Assembly: GCA_942492085.1 (NCBI GenBank)
Contig: CALODB010000007.1
Location: 16,030 to 80,029 of the forward strand
DNA: 64,000 nt
Reading direction: 5' to 3'
Source of the DNA: an uncultured Desulfovibrionaceae bacterium
Lineage (GTDB): Bacteria; Desulfobacterota; Desulfovibrionia; Desulfovibrionales; Desulfovibrionaceae
The position numbers were made by a program, and so were the translations under genes. Shown one piece after another: positions 46,231-55,637 of the stretch. The notes beneath the pieces were generated by a model. That model was not told the origin of the DNA, ran no database searches, and was given only the letters and a program-made list of their open reading frames with translations. The stretch's first letter is position 1; every line of letters begins with the position of its first letter.

Positions 46231-46959
46231 CTACCTGTTTTTTATTGCCTGCAAAAATTTTTGAGCAGGCTCAAGCTGTGGATTTGCCACAAGAGCACGA
46301 TGCAGCCATCTTTTACAATCGGCCATTTTTTGCAAATCATAATAAACACGTGCAATGTTATAGCATAGATGATCATCATTAGGAGAAAGCTCCGAAGCTT
46401 TCAAGTAATGTTTCAATGCTATTTCCGGCTGTTGTTCTTTTCGTAAACGTTTTCCAAAATCATTAAATAAATGTTTATGCTTTGGTTTCCACGGCACATC
46501 CTTATCTGGAACAGCCAACAGCATCCGGCGCCCTTGCTTTAAATATCCGCTACGAAGCATTGTCATGCCTCTATCAAATTTCTCCGTAGCCTCTTCTTCT
46601 TCTAACTTTAAGCCCGTATTCTTGGCTCTATGGGTGGGCACCCTTGCCAGCAACGCATTTGTCTCATTGGTGGAAGCTGTGTTTTGCAGTTGGAGATCCT
46701 GCTGCCCTGAACCTACATTGGTAGATTGACCTGCAACGGCTAACAACCCAGGTTCAAATACATATTCCTGTTCAAACTCTTCAAGTTCTACAACTCGTTT
46801 ATCACCAATTGGAGTTAAGTTACTTGTGAGAAGCTGAACCTCTACGTTACCTTCTGCCCCGATACTCGCGTACCAATATCTCTTCGAAATGCTCTTTCGT
46901 CTCGTGGCACCCGATCCAATCCAAAGATTAGACGATGTGCGATAAACACCTTCTGTCAT
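46231..46959 (-). CDS. TPR-repeat protein, paralog B
   Basis: LKHYLKASELSPNDDHLCYNIARVYYDLQKMADCKRWLHRALVANPQL. The N-terminal YW...V.V.L......G.....L.EF...Y.FEP pattern is also shared with paralog A. Confidence 0.7.
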   Translation of the reverse strand: MTEGVYRTSSNLWIGSGATRRKSISKRYWYASIGAEGNVEVQLLTSNLTPIGDKRVVELEEFEQEYVFEPGLLAVAGQSTNVGSGQQDLQLQNTASTNETNALLARVPTHRAKNTGLKLEEEEATEKFDRGMTMLRSGYLKQGRRMLLAVPDKDVPWKPKHKHLFNDFGKRLRKEQQPEIALKHYLKASELSPNDDHLCYNIARVYYDLQKMADCKRWLHRALVANPQLEPAQKFLQAIKNR

Positions 46960-47100
46960 CTATTGCCCCCAATATATGCACTTATAATGTATCTAACCCC
47001 TATCATACCCGTTTTGTCTTGAAAACAGCATGTTAGGTCTTCAAACTAGTATTTTAAAAACATTGTGGACGGTTAATATGTTTTCCTTTACGTTTCTGAC

Positions 47101-47454
47101 ATGCATGAAATGGCAATAGCAGCAAGTCTAATTGATATCGTCAAGGAAGAGATGGCAAAGCATAATGCCTCTAAATTGCTTATGGTTCGAGTTTGTTACG
47201 GTAAACTGACTAACCTTGTGCCCGACGCACTTTCGTTTGCTTTTGAAGTACAAACCAAGCAAAGCCCTTTAGAAGACGCTGAGCTGGAGCTTAAAGAAAT
47301 TCCTGTCACTGTTACTTGTGGTGAATGCTCGACAGAGTTCACACCGGAGGGAACGGATCTATTTTATATGCCGTGTCCGTCGTGCGAAAATTTATTCGGC
47401 CACGCAGTGCTCACAGGAAAAGAACTTTACGTAGATCATCTTGAAGCGGAGTAA
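47101..47454 (+). CDS. hypA: Hydrogenase nickel-insertion protein HypA
   Basis: MHEMAIAASL start (MHE nickel site) and two CxxC pairs (CGECSTEF, CPSCEN). 117 aa. Confidence 0.9.
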   Translation: MHEMAIAASLIDIVKEEMAKHNASKLLMVRVCYGKLTNLVPDALSFAFEVQTKQSPLEDAELELKEIPVTVTCGECSTEFTPEGTDLFYMPCPSCENLFGHAVLTGKELYVDHLEAE

Positions 47455-47463
47455 ATAATCCCC

Positions 47464-48120
47464 ATGGAAATCCCAGTAGTACGCAACATACTTGAAGCGA
47501 ATGACAAAATCGCAGTAAATTTAAAAGAACTCTTTGCCGAACACGGCATTCTTGTTCTTAACCTCATCAGTTCACCTGGCGCGGGCAAGACTTCAATTCT
47601 TGAACGCACCCTTACAGACCTTAAAGGTGAATTTAAGATGGCTGTTATCGAAGGTGACTGCCAGACAGACAATGATGCCCGCAGAGTTGCAGAAACTGGA
47701 GCTAAAGCTGTTCAGATTAACACTGACGGTGGCTGCCACCTTGACAGCAACATGATTACTGCTGCGCTTGCTAACTTTGACATGAACGAGATCGATATTC
47801 TGTTCATTGAAAACGTCGGTAACCTTGTTTGTCCTGTTGAATTTGATTGCGGCGAAGATTTTAAAGTCGCCCTGCTCAGCGTTCCTGAAGGTGACGATAA
47901 GCCGGAAAAATATCCGGCCTTATTTGAAAAATCTTCAGCAATGATTCTGAACAAATGCGACCTGCTCCCTTACGTTCAGTTTGATGTCGAACGTGCAAAA
48001 CAGTTTGCTACCCAGTTGAACAAAGACATGCCAATATTCCAGACTTCCTGTACGACCAGTGAAGGTCTCGATACTTGGTATGACTGGCTGCGCAAAGCAT
48101 ATGCCGGAAAACAAAAGTAG
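47464..48120 (+). CDS. hypB: Hydrogenase maturation GTPase HypB
   Basis: P-loop SSPGAGKTS, the G3E-family CH motif (GGCHLD), ENVGNLVCP, NKCDL. No His-rich N-terminal stretch. Confidence 0.9.
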   Translation: MEIPVVRNILEANDKIAVNLKELFAEHGILVLNLISSPGAGKTSILERTLTDLKGEFKMAVIEGDCQTDNDARRVAETGAKAVQINTDGGCHLDSNMITAALANFDMNEIDILFIENVGNLVCPVEFDCGEDFKVALLSVPEGDDKPEKYPALFEKSSAMILNKCDLLPYVQFDVERAKQFATQLNKDMPIFQTSCTTSEGLDTWYDWLRKAYAGKQK

Positions 48121-48165
48121 CACCTAACACCTGTTGTTTCTTATACAGGTAGTTATTAAACATAT

Positions 48166-48191
48166 GCCCCCGTACCACGGGGGCTTTTTTT
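48166..48191 (+). terminator. Rho-independent terminator of hypAB
   Basis: GCCCCCGT / ACGGGGGC hairpin followed by T7. Confidence 0.85.
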
Positions 48192-48388
48192 CACCAAAGT
48201 TTTACCTTAGTGGTGCTAGCATCGCCAGATAATGCAAAAGTGCATAAAAAACACGTTAGCCTCTGGACAACTCCAATGTTAGTGACTACTGACTTTATAC
48301 TTAGATTTCAGACAATCTGCCTTAGCTAACCGCCGCACTGAACAGATTGTTTTTTCAACGCGGCATATTCTACTGTTTGGAGACCAAC

Positions 48389-49624
48389 ATGAGTACTGAC
48401 TGCAGCAGTGGTGACTGTTCTTCCGGTTCCTGCGGCGGAGCACCTACTGAATTAGATGCTGGCGAAGCCCGGATGAAACGAACCATCAGCCGTATTAAAC
48501 ATAAAATTGTTGTTATGTCCGGTAAAGGTGGCGTTGGTAAAAGTACCGTTGCGACCAACATCGCTATCGGTCTTTCACTTGCTGGGAAAAAAGTCGGCCT
48601 GCTCGACGTAGACGTACACGGACCTAGTGTTCCTCGTCTGTTAAGCATGCGAGATTCCAAAGTACATATTGAAGAGTCCTTCATTGAGCCTATCGCATGG
48701 AGCAAGAATCTCTCTGTTATGTCTCTGGGCTTTTTGCTTCCTAACTCCTACCAGCCAGTTGTATGGCGTGGCCCTGTAAAAATGGGCTTTATCAAACAGC
48801 TTCTTTCTGATGTTGTTTGGGGCGACCTTGACTATATGGTTGTTGACTGCCCTCCGGGCACCGGCGACGAACCACTTTCCGTTATGCAGCTCCTTGGTAA
48901 CGACGCATTGGCAGTTATCGTAACAACTCCTCAGGGTGTTGCCATTGATGATGTGCGTCGCTCCGTTACCTTTGTAGGTGATGTTGGTAATCAGGTTCTT
49001 GGTATCATCGAAAACATGAGTGGCATTGTGTGTTCACAGTGCGGGAATGTTGAGAACATCTTCGGCAAAGGTGGAGGTAAAGACCTTGCTAAAGAAGTTG
49101 GCGTACGCTTCCTCGGTGATATCCCTCTCGATCCGGAAGTTGTTCGTTCCGGTGACGAAGGTTTCTCACTCCTTTCTGTAAAGCAGGATAGCCCGACAGC
49201 TCAGTGCTTCCAGAAAATTCTTAAGCCTATCCTTATGCTTGATGATGGCGCAGAACCAACTAACAAACTGCACCCGATTCTTCCACCGCATAAAGGTACA
49301 ATTAAAATTGCACTGCCTGTTACCAAAGGCACACTGTCCCCATCCATGCATTTAGCTGAACAGTACGTTATCGCAGTCGCAAATGCAGAGACTAAAAAAA
49401 TTATATCGACAGAAACCGTTGATGCACCTGCATACGAACCTAAAGCAGCTGCTTCTTTCCTCGAACGCCTTGATGCTGGATACGTTCTGGCAAAAGACGT
49501 ACCGCAGGCCGCATGCGACGCATTAAAAGAAAAACATATCTCCCTTGTTAAAGGCATCACTGTTAATGCACCTGTGGCAGTAGTGACTGACTTTATTGAA
49601 GGAAAATTGTTAGCCGCTGGTTAG
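48389..49624 (+). CDS. Mrp/NBP35 (ApbC) family Fe-S cluster carrier ATPase with Cys-rich N-terminus and C-terminal NifX/NifB-like domain
   Basis: GGAGA RBS before the ATG at 48389. N-terminus STDCSSGDCSSGSCGG, deviant Walker A SGKGGVGKST, CPPGTGDE, CSQC pair. The C-terminal roughly 120 aa (IKIALPV...VLAKDV...L.EK.I..V) resemble the dinitrogenase FeMo-cofactor-binding (NifX-like) fold. Confidence 0.8.
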   Translation: MSTDCSSGDCSSGSCGGAPTELDAGEARMKRTISRIKHKIVVMSGKGGVGKSTVATNIAIGLSLAGKKVGLLDVDVHGPSVPRLLSMRDSKVHIEESFIEPIAWSKNLSVMSLGFLLPNSYQPVVWRGPVKMGFIKQLLSDVVWGDLDYMVVDCPPGTGDEPLSVMQLLGNDALAVIVTTPQGVAIDDVRRSVTFVGDVGNQVLGIIENMSGIVCSQCGNVENIFGKGGGKDLAKEVGVRFLGDIPLDPEVVRSGDEGFSLLSVKQDSPTAQCFQKILKPILMLDDGAEPTNKLHPILPPHKGTIKIALPVTKGTLSPSMHLAEQYVIAVANAETKKIISTETVDAPAYEPKAAASFLERLDAGYVLAKDVPQAACDALKEKHISLVKGITVNAPVAVVTDFIEGKLLAAG

Positions 49625-49652
49625 GCAGCTATTCTTAATGATCACCCTGATT

Positions 49653-49696
49653 AGCAACTCCTTTTCCTAGCTGAAAAGGAGTTGCTTTTATTTTTT
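49653..49696 (+). terminator. Rho-independent terminator
   Basis: Perfect 14-bp stem AGCAACTCCTTTTC / GAAAAGGAGTTGCT, followed by a T-rich run. Confidence 0.9.
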
Positions 49697-49723
49697 ATGG
49701 CTGGCATAGCTGAGCAAGTTTCT

Positions 49724-49747
49724 CAAAATCAAAATCAAAATCAAAAT
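49724..49747. repeat. Hexanucleotide microsatellite (CAAAAT) x4
   Basis: CAAAATCAAAATCAAAATCAAAAT, about 40 bp upstream of the eptA-like start codon. Confidence 0.9.
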
Positions 49748-49785
49748 AAATACTTATATTACAGACAGTTCGGAGAAATCTAAAC

Positions 49786-51336
49786 ATGTTAACATTCGAC
49801 AAAAAGCATCATGCAGCGATTCTTGCGATTGCATTTTCAGCAATGATGCTTCCAGACTTGATGAGACTTCCTGCCATCTATGCTATCCCGTCTGTAGTCT
49901 ACCTCTTGTCCTTCAATTTTTGTGTCATGTATGTCATCTCTCAAGTGCGCAGTCTTGCCAGTATACTTATTCCACCTATTTTTTTCATAAGCGCGCTGAC
50001 TAGCTACTTCCACGGTATTTACCGCATTAAAATCGATAAAGAACTTCTCTTTCTTCTGCTGGAAACAAACAGCGGAGAGGCTGGTGAGTTTGTTACGTCC
50101 GGACTCCTTATTTTTGGAACAATAGCATTACTATTCTCATTTGTTATCGGGTACTTATTAAAGCGCTCCACTGGCAAATTTCAGATTAAGACTCTTGCTT
50201 TATTGTTGCTATTTATTGTGCCCGCAACCGTTCTTCTGGGTAAATTCAAAAAAACTCCCCAAGTAGAAATTGTTCGTCCAGTTATAGCAACTAAGTATGT
50301 ATTTCCATATTGTGTATTCAACGGACTCGCCGAATTTTCAGGGCAGTATGTAAAAAACATTACCCAAAATGAACTTGTCGGTTCAGCAAAGATGGATTCA
50401 CTTGCCTTAAAGCAAGAAAAGCCATTGCAGTTAATTGTCATCATCGGCGAGTCTGCACGAGCAGACAGATTTCACTTTAACGGATACCCTCGCGAAACGA
50501 CTCCGCGCCTTAGTAATGAAAAAAACCTTGTTAATTTTGGTGCCATTACATCTTTCGCTGCCTATACACGTCTTTCTGTTCCTGCTATGATCACCCCTGC
50601 AACATTAGCCAAACCTGAAACCACCATGGATTCCTATCTCGGAGTATTTAAGAAACATGGTTTCAAAACAACATGGCTGTCTGCAAATGACCGTTTCACA
50701 AGTAACGACACCCCTACTACGAATGCCATCGGCGACATTGATCAAAAATTATTCCGAAACAAATTTGGTCGAGCTACATATAATAATTTCTATGACGCAA
50801 TGCTTCTCGAGCCCCTAAAAGGCGTGCTAAAAAACGCTTCTGTTAACCAAGCTATCACTATCCATACTCGTGGCAGTCACGCAAATTACGCTGCACGATA
50901 CACAAAAGAATTTAGAAAATTTATTCCAGATACCTATGGCGAGGATATGCAGATAGATATGGTTAACAATGCATATGACAACAGTATCCTTGCCACTGAC
51001 GCTTTCATCGGATCGATTATCGACCTTGTCCGCGATAAAAACGCAATCGTTATTTACAGTTCAGACCACGGTGAATCTCTCGGCGAGGAAGGCCGTTTCG
51101 GCCATGGTGACCCCGACATCATTGAGCAACGAGAAGTTCCATTTTTTGTATGGTACTCCGATACCTATCATTTGCTTAATCCGGATATAGTTGCAGCATT
51201 AAAGAAACAGCAAGGTGCTAAACTTTCCCATGACGTTTTCTTTCCATGGGTCATTAACCTAGGGGGAATATTGCTCCCACATAGTACGCAACCTGTTCTA
51301 ATTACACATAGAAACGTGCAGGCACTACAAGAATAA
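49786..51336 (+). CDS. Phosphoethanolamine transferase (EptA/sulfatase-fold, lipid A or core modifying)
   Basis: Five N-terminal TM helices plus a periplasmic sulfatase-like domain (IIGESARADRF, SDHGESLGEEGRFGHG). Confidence 0.8.
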   Translation: MLTFDKKHHAAILAIAFSAMMLPDLMRLPAIYAIPSVVYLLSFNFCVMYVISQVRSLASILIPPIFFISALTSYFHGIYRIKIDKELLFLLLETNSGEAGEFVTSGLLIFGTIALLFSFVIGYLLKRSTGKFQIKTLALLLLFIVPATVLLGKFKKTPQVEIVRPVIATKYVFPYCVFNGLAEFSGQYVKNITQNELVGSAKMDSLALKQEKPLQLIVIIGESARADRFHFNGYPRETTPRLSNEKNLVNFGAITSFAAYTRLSVPAMITPATLAKPETTMDSYLGVFKKHGFKTTWLSANDRFTSNDTPTTNAIGDIDQKLFRNKFGRATYNNFYDAMLLEPLKGVLKNASVNQAITIHTRGSHANYAARYTKEFRKFIPDTYGEDMQIDMVNNAYDNSILATDAFIGSIIDLVRDKNAIVIYSSDHGESLGEEGRFGHGDPDIIEQREVPFFVWYSDTYHLLNPDIVAALKKQQGAKLSHDVFFPWVINLGGILLPHSTQPVLITHRNVQALQE

Positions 51337-51374
51337 AAAAAGGGAGAAGCTGATAATCAGCTTCTCCCTTTTTC
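51335..51374. terminator. Bidirectional terminator
   Basis: Perfect 13-bp stem AGGGAGAAGCTGA / TCAGCTTCTCCCT, flanked by A6 and T4. Confidence 0.85.
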
Positions 51375-51394
51375 ATTTCTATAGAGAAAATATA

Positions 51395-52264
51395 TTACAT
51401 GTAAATGCCTGCAAGCGCGCCTACAAAAAGCATTACTGAAATGAATCCGTTCATTGTGAAGAATGCCATGTTCACACGGCTCATATCGTCGGCGCTGATA
51501 ATGGAGTGCTCCCAGTAAAGGATGCCGGAAACAACAGCCCATACAGCAAAATACGGCCATCCAAGCCCTGCTGCCCAGCCGCCCATCAGGAACATCATTG
51601 ATGTTACCACATGGCAGAATGATGAGATAACAAGAGCTGATTCAAGACCGAAATGTGCAGGAACTGAATTCAACCCTACAGAAAGGTCGTACTCTGTATC
51701 CTGACAGGAATAGATAATATCGAATCCTGCAACCCAGAACAATATCCCCCACGCAAACAATACAGCAGGCACCGAAAACTGCGGATCAACACTGATCCAA
51801 CCTGCTAATGGTGAGAGCGCAAGTACAGCTCCAAGCCAGAAATGACAAAGCCATGTAAAGCGTTTGAGCAGGCTGTAGAAGGCCGCCACAAACAACGCGA
51901 TTGGCGAAAGTTTAAAACTAAGGTCATTTATAAAGAAACAGGCAATCACAAAAATTGCAGCCATAATAACGATGAACGCCCATGTCTGCATTGGTGAAAT
52001 CTCACCCGTCACGAGAGGACGCTGCTGAGTACGCGGGTTTTTTGCATCAAACGGTAAATCGATGACCCTGTTGAATGCCATTGCGACAGAACGCACAGCC
52101 ACCATTGCCACTGTGAGCAGCAAAAACGGCTTTAACGAAGGAAACCCGCCAGCAGCAATAAACTGTCCGAGGTACGCAAACGGAAGCGCAAAAACTGAGT
52201 GCTCTATCTTGATCATTCGACACACAGCGCCAAACTTCTCAAGGGGTGTTGAAGCCGAACTCAT
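51395..52264 (-). CDS. UbiA-family aromatic prenyltransferase (4-hydroxybenzoate polyprenyltransferase-like)
   Basis: Nine TM helices. Asp-rich motifs NRVIDLPFDAKNPRT and a second D-rich loop (CQDTEYD). The start codon forms an ATGA overlap with the HD-GYP stop. Confidence 0.8.
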   Translation of the reverse strand: MSSASTPLEKFGAVCRMIKIEHSVFALPFAYLGQFIAAGGFPSLKPFLLLTVAMVAVRSVAMAFNRVIDLPFDAKNPRTQQRPLVTGEISPMQTWAFIVIMAAIFVIACFFINDLSFKLSPIALFVAAFYSLLKRFTWLCHFWLGAVLALSPLAGWISVDPQFSVPAVLFAWGILFWVAGFDIIYSCQDTEYDLSVGLNSVPAHFGLESALVISSFCHVVTSMMFLMGGWAAGLGWPYFAVWAVVSGILYWEHSIISADDMSRVNMAFFTMNGFISVMLFVGALAGIYM

Positions 52265-53589
52265 GAAACATCCTTAGCGACAATACCGTACTTGTTGTAC
52301 AATACTTTTGAATAGTTAGAAAAATGCTCGAGAGCTTGGGTCTGCCCTTTACAGCGCAGTTCATTGATCTCATCATATCGCTCAATGAGCACTTCAACAA
52401 CAATAGGATCAAGCTTATTTGAACCACCAAGCTGACGTAGAACTTTTGTTGTCTGCACAAAGTCCATACCGCCACGGTACGGGCGATCTTCTGTAATCGC
52501 AGTAAATACGTCCGCAACCTGCAGAATACGAGATCCCAAAGAAATATCTTTACCTGCAATCCCTTTTGGGTAGCCGGTTCCATCTAATCGCTCATGATGC
52601 TGACACGCCCAATCACGAATCACTTCCAGCCCCGGAATGCCGGAGAGGATATGCTCTGTGTACGATGCGTGGCGCTGAATAATAGCAAATTCTTCAGTTG
52701 TTAACCGACCGTTTTTTTCTAAAAGTGCTGCTGGTACTGCGAGTTTTCCAATATCGTGCAAGCGTCCAGCAATCTGAAACAGAACCTGTTCGACGTCATT
52801 AAACCCAAGCCAACGTCCAAGTACACTGGAGGTTACAGCCACGCCTTGTGAATGCGTCGCGGTAAAGCGGCTACGAAAATCAATAACCTTTGCGAACAAA
52901 CCAGTGAAGTCCAAGACGCCTTCAGCATCAAGGATATCAGAATCGAACTGTGTCGAAAGATTAAGGGATTTTTCGGTGCGCTCTGAGTGTAGTCGATGGA
53001 AGTAGTTACGTTTCGATTCGGCTTCGCGCAGTGCTTCAATATAGTCAGGATTAAACATTGTGCCGGAATGCTTTCGGCACAACTCTATTAAAATAGGAAT
53101 CTGGAGTCTTGCCGGACGATCTCGACGGGTATGAACATCGATAAAGTCAGCTAAGTTAATAATATTACTGATTTCATAGTGCTTGTTCCTACCTCGTAAT
53201 TCTTCCCATGGGGTATGGTGATACTCCACAAGCTTAGAAACATCCTGTAACTTTTTTGATGAACTTATTATCACCGATCCAGCTATAGAATGTTTAATTG
53301 TATCATCTTCAAATAAAAGGGAATCTACCGCAGGATATAGTGAAACAGCGCCGATATCGTGCAGCATAGCTGCAAGAACAACATTCCGCTTCTCAAAGCT
53401 GCTCAATCCATAGCACTCAGCTATGCGCGAAGCATAAAAACCGACATTAGTATGATGCCCCGCAAGGGTTTGCGAAACCATATCCAATGAACGAGCTAAT
53501 GCGCTGACAAGATCGAACAACCGAACTTTAAAATTACTACGTTCTTTACAAGCTAGCCCCGGCCCCTGACACTCATGCTGAAATACCAC
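52261..53589 (-). CDS. Tandem HD-domain protein with C-terminal HD-GYP (c-di-GMP phosphodiesterase-like)
   Basis: First HD-like domain (HHTNVG...AAMLHDIGA). The second has HD-GYP signatures (THSQGV, GRLHDIGKLAVP, HHERLDGTGYPKG). Confidence 0.8.
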   Translation of the reverse strand: MVFQHECQGPGLACKERSNFKVRLFDLVSALARSLDMVSQTLAGHHTNVGFYASRIAECYGLSSFEKRNVVLAAMLHDIGAVSLYPAVDSLLFEDDTIKHSIAGSVIISSSKKLQDVSKLVEYHHTPWEELRGRNKHYEISNIINLADFIDVHTRRDRPARLQIPILIELCRKHSGTMFNPDYIEALREAESKRNYFHRLHSERTEKSLNLSTQFDSDILDAEGVLDFTGLFAKVIDFRSRFTATHSQGVAVTSSVLGRWLGFNDVEQVLFQIAGRLHDIGKLAVPAALLEKNGRLTTEEFAIIQRHASYTEHILSGIPGLEVIRDWACQHHERLDGTGYPKGIAGKDISLGSRILQVADVFTAITEDRPYRGGMDFVQTTKVLRQLGGSNKLDPIVVEVLIERYDEINELRCKGQTQALEHFSNYSKVLYNKYGIVAKDVS

Positions 53590-53601
53590 AGCTTCTCCTA
53601 C

Positions 53602-54393
53602 CTAGTTCCCGCAATCAGCTGGATCGCCCTGAAGTTTGGCAATGGTGTGTCCAAACGCAGGAAGAACTGCCTCTAAATTTTCTGCAACTGCCTTTGTACT
53701 TCCTGGCATATTTACAATCAAAGAAGTACCTAACGTGCCTGCAATCGCTCGTGATACAACGGCATGCGGGGTTTTCTTCAAACTCGTTGCCATCATTGCT
53801 TGTTCAACTCCGCGCAGGCGACGATCAATAACTTTAACAGTTGCTTCAGGAGTAACATCACGTGGAGAAACTCCAGTGCCACCTGTTGTTAAAATCAGAT
53901 CGAATTTTTGGTGCAACGCCAAATCAACAAGTAGCTGACGCAGCTGTAACTCTTCATCAGGAATCATGTACCCGCGAACATATGCAAGTTCGTACTTATC
54001 CCGAACAATTTTTTCAATTAAAGGACCACTTGCATCTTCACGCTCATTACGCGCGCCCTTGTCAGAAAGTGTTACCCACGCAAGACTCAACGCCTCTTTT
54101 GTGGGAACAACTGAACAGGAAGCCCCTTCATCAAAACCGAAAAGCATCTTCACCCACATGCCTGCAACAGAATGCACACCGTTATGTGAAGGAAAATATC
54201 CATTCTGAACGACTGTGCAGTAAGGTTTTTCAACATCGCCTGCGGCAACAAATGTAGTGCCTACAGGGAACGATGCAGGAGGCAAAGAAGTATTAATGCT
54301 CGCTGCGAGATCAGCGTCATCACCAGTTCTACCGATGAAAACAATATCACCCGATGCTAACACCTGTAATGCTGTAAGAGAATATATATTCAT
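53602..54393 (-). CDS. MogA/MoaB-type molybdopterin-binding domain protein with an N-terminal extension of about 110 aa
   Basis: The C-terminal domain has LILTTGGTGVSPRDVTPEAT and PGS motifs typical of MogA/MoaB. I do not recognise the N-terminal region. Confidence 0.7.
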   Translation of the reverse strand: MNIYSLTALQVLASGDIVFIGRTGDDADLAASINTSLPPASFPVGTTFVAAGDVEKPYCTVVQNGYFPSHNGVHSVAGMWVKMLFGFDEGASCSVVPTKEALSLAWVTLSDKGARNEREDASGPLIEKIVRDKYELAYVRGYMIPDEELQLRQLLVDLALHQKFDLILTTGGTGVSPRDVTPEATVKVIDRRLRGVEQAMMATSLKKTPHAVVSRAIAGTLGTSLIVNMPGSTKAVAENLEAVLPAFGHTIAKLQGDPADCGN

Positions 54394-54835
54394 GTATTTT
54401 CGGCTGCAAAATATTGCATGTCAGTTTTCTTCTACATTTTTTAATGATCGCATAAGGCTGTACAGTATTACGATACGTTAAGTCAGTAACACTTGCGACA
54501 AAACATATTACCATCAAGCACCAAGGCTCAACAGCTTATTATTATACTGCTTTTGAATGACAATAACAGCGTTCACCGTTTGCAACCCAAACCAACTATA
54601 TAAACATTAATTCAGTTTGCTATCCTAGTGAAAATTTACAACAAAAACAATACACCTTTTTGCTACTTTCCTACTAAAATAGTAAAAAGAAATGAAAGCA
54701 TCGTCTTCGTAGCAATCTAATAAACTTAACTATTATTTTATTTCAATCGGTAAAAATATAATTCTCACATAGTTGCATACTAAATCAGTACGGAGACTAA
54801 AAGTCTTGTGTTACGAATTGAGCACATAAAAATTG

Positions 54836-54875
54836 CAAAAAAAAGAACGGACTCAATTGAGTCCGTTCTTTTTCT
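54836..54875 (-). terminator. Rho-independent terminator of the amino-acid ABC operon
   Basis: AGAACGGACTC / GAGTCCGTTCT perfect stem. T-run on the minus strand (plus-strand A-run 54836-54843). Confidence 0.85.
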
Positions 54876-54905
54876 TTACCTAAAATTATCTAACTTACAG
54901 ATATG

Positions 54906-55637
54906 TTATAAAATCTGACTTAAGAATAATTTGGTGCGATCATGTTCCGGATTCGTAAAGAAATGCTCCGGCGTACCCTGTTCAACAAGCATACCGGCAT
55001 CCATAAACACAACACGGTCTGCCACTTCACGGGCAAAGCCCATTTCATGAGTAACAACAACCATTGTCATGCCTTCTTTTGCAAGGTTCTTCATAACATC
55101 AAGAACCTCACCAACCATCTCCGGATCTAGCGCGGAGGTAGGTTCGTCGAACAGCAAGACCTTAGGGTCCATTGCTAATGCACGGGCAATAGCAATACGC
55201 TGCTGCTGGCCACCGGAAAGCTGATCCGGATACACATTGTATTTATGTGCAAGACCAACTTTTTCAAGCAACTCCATACTCTTTTTCTCTGCATCTTTTT
55301 TAGAGCGCTTACGCACAGTCATCTGTGCCATTGTGATATTATCAAGCACGCTCATATGAGGGAAAAGGTTGAACGACTGGAACACCATACCAACTTCTGC
55401 ACGAATTTGGTTAATGTCGCAGTCAGGATCAAGAACCTCGGTGCCTTCAATGGTAATAGACCCACTGTTGGCAAATTCCAGTCGGTTCAAGCAGCGGAGA
55501 AAAGTTGACTTACCGGAACCGGAAGGACCGATAACAACAAGCACCTCGCCCGCTGAAACATCCAGTGAAACATCTTTAAGAGCATGCAACTCTTCTGGAG
55601 TATAGAAAAATTTATTAACGTTCTTCGCGCTAATCAT
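54906..55637 (-). CDS. Polar amino-acid ABC transporter ATP-binding protein (GlnQ/HisP-like)
   Basis: Walker [36 protein letters not shown], and the C-terminal [10 protein letters not shown] typical of the PAAT family. Confidence 0.9.
   Translation of the reverse strand: MISAKNVNKFFYTPEELHALKDVSLDVSAGEVLVVIGPSGSGKSTFLRCLNRLEFANSGSITIEGTEVLDPDCDINQIRAEVGMVFQSFNLFPHMSVLDNITMAQMTVRKRSKKDAEKKSMELLEKVGLAHKYNVYPDQLSGGQQQRIAIARALAMDPKVLLFDEPTSALDPEMVGEVLDVMKNLAKEGMTMVVVTHEMGFAREVADRVVFMDAGMLVEQGTPEHFFTNPEHDRTKLFLSQIL

Noticed and set aside
54394-54835. Possible Moco riboswitch in the 0.44-kb AT-rich region upstream of the mogA-like gene.
   Set aside because: I could not find the conserved GC-rich Moco-motif helices. 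The region looks like plain AT-rich promoter DNA. It would need cmscan to exclude a riboswitch formally.
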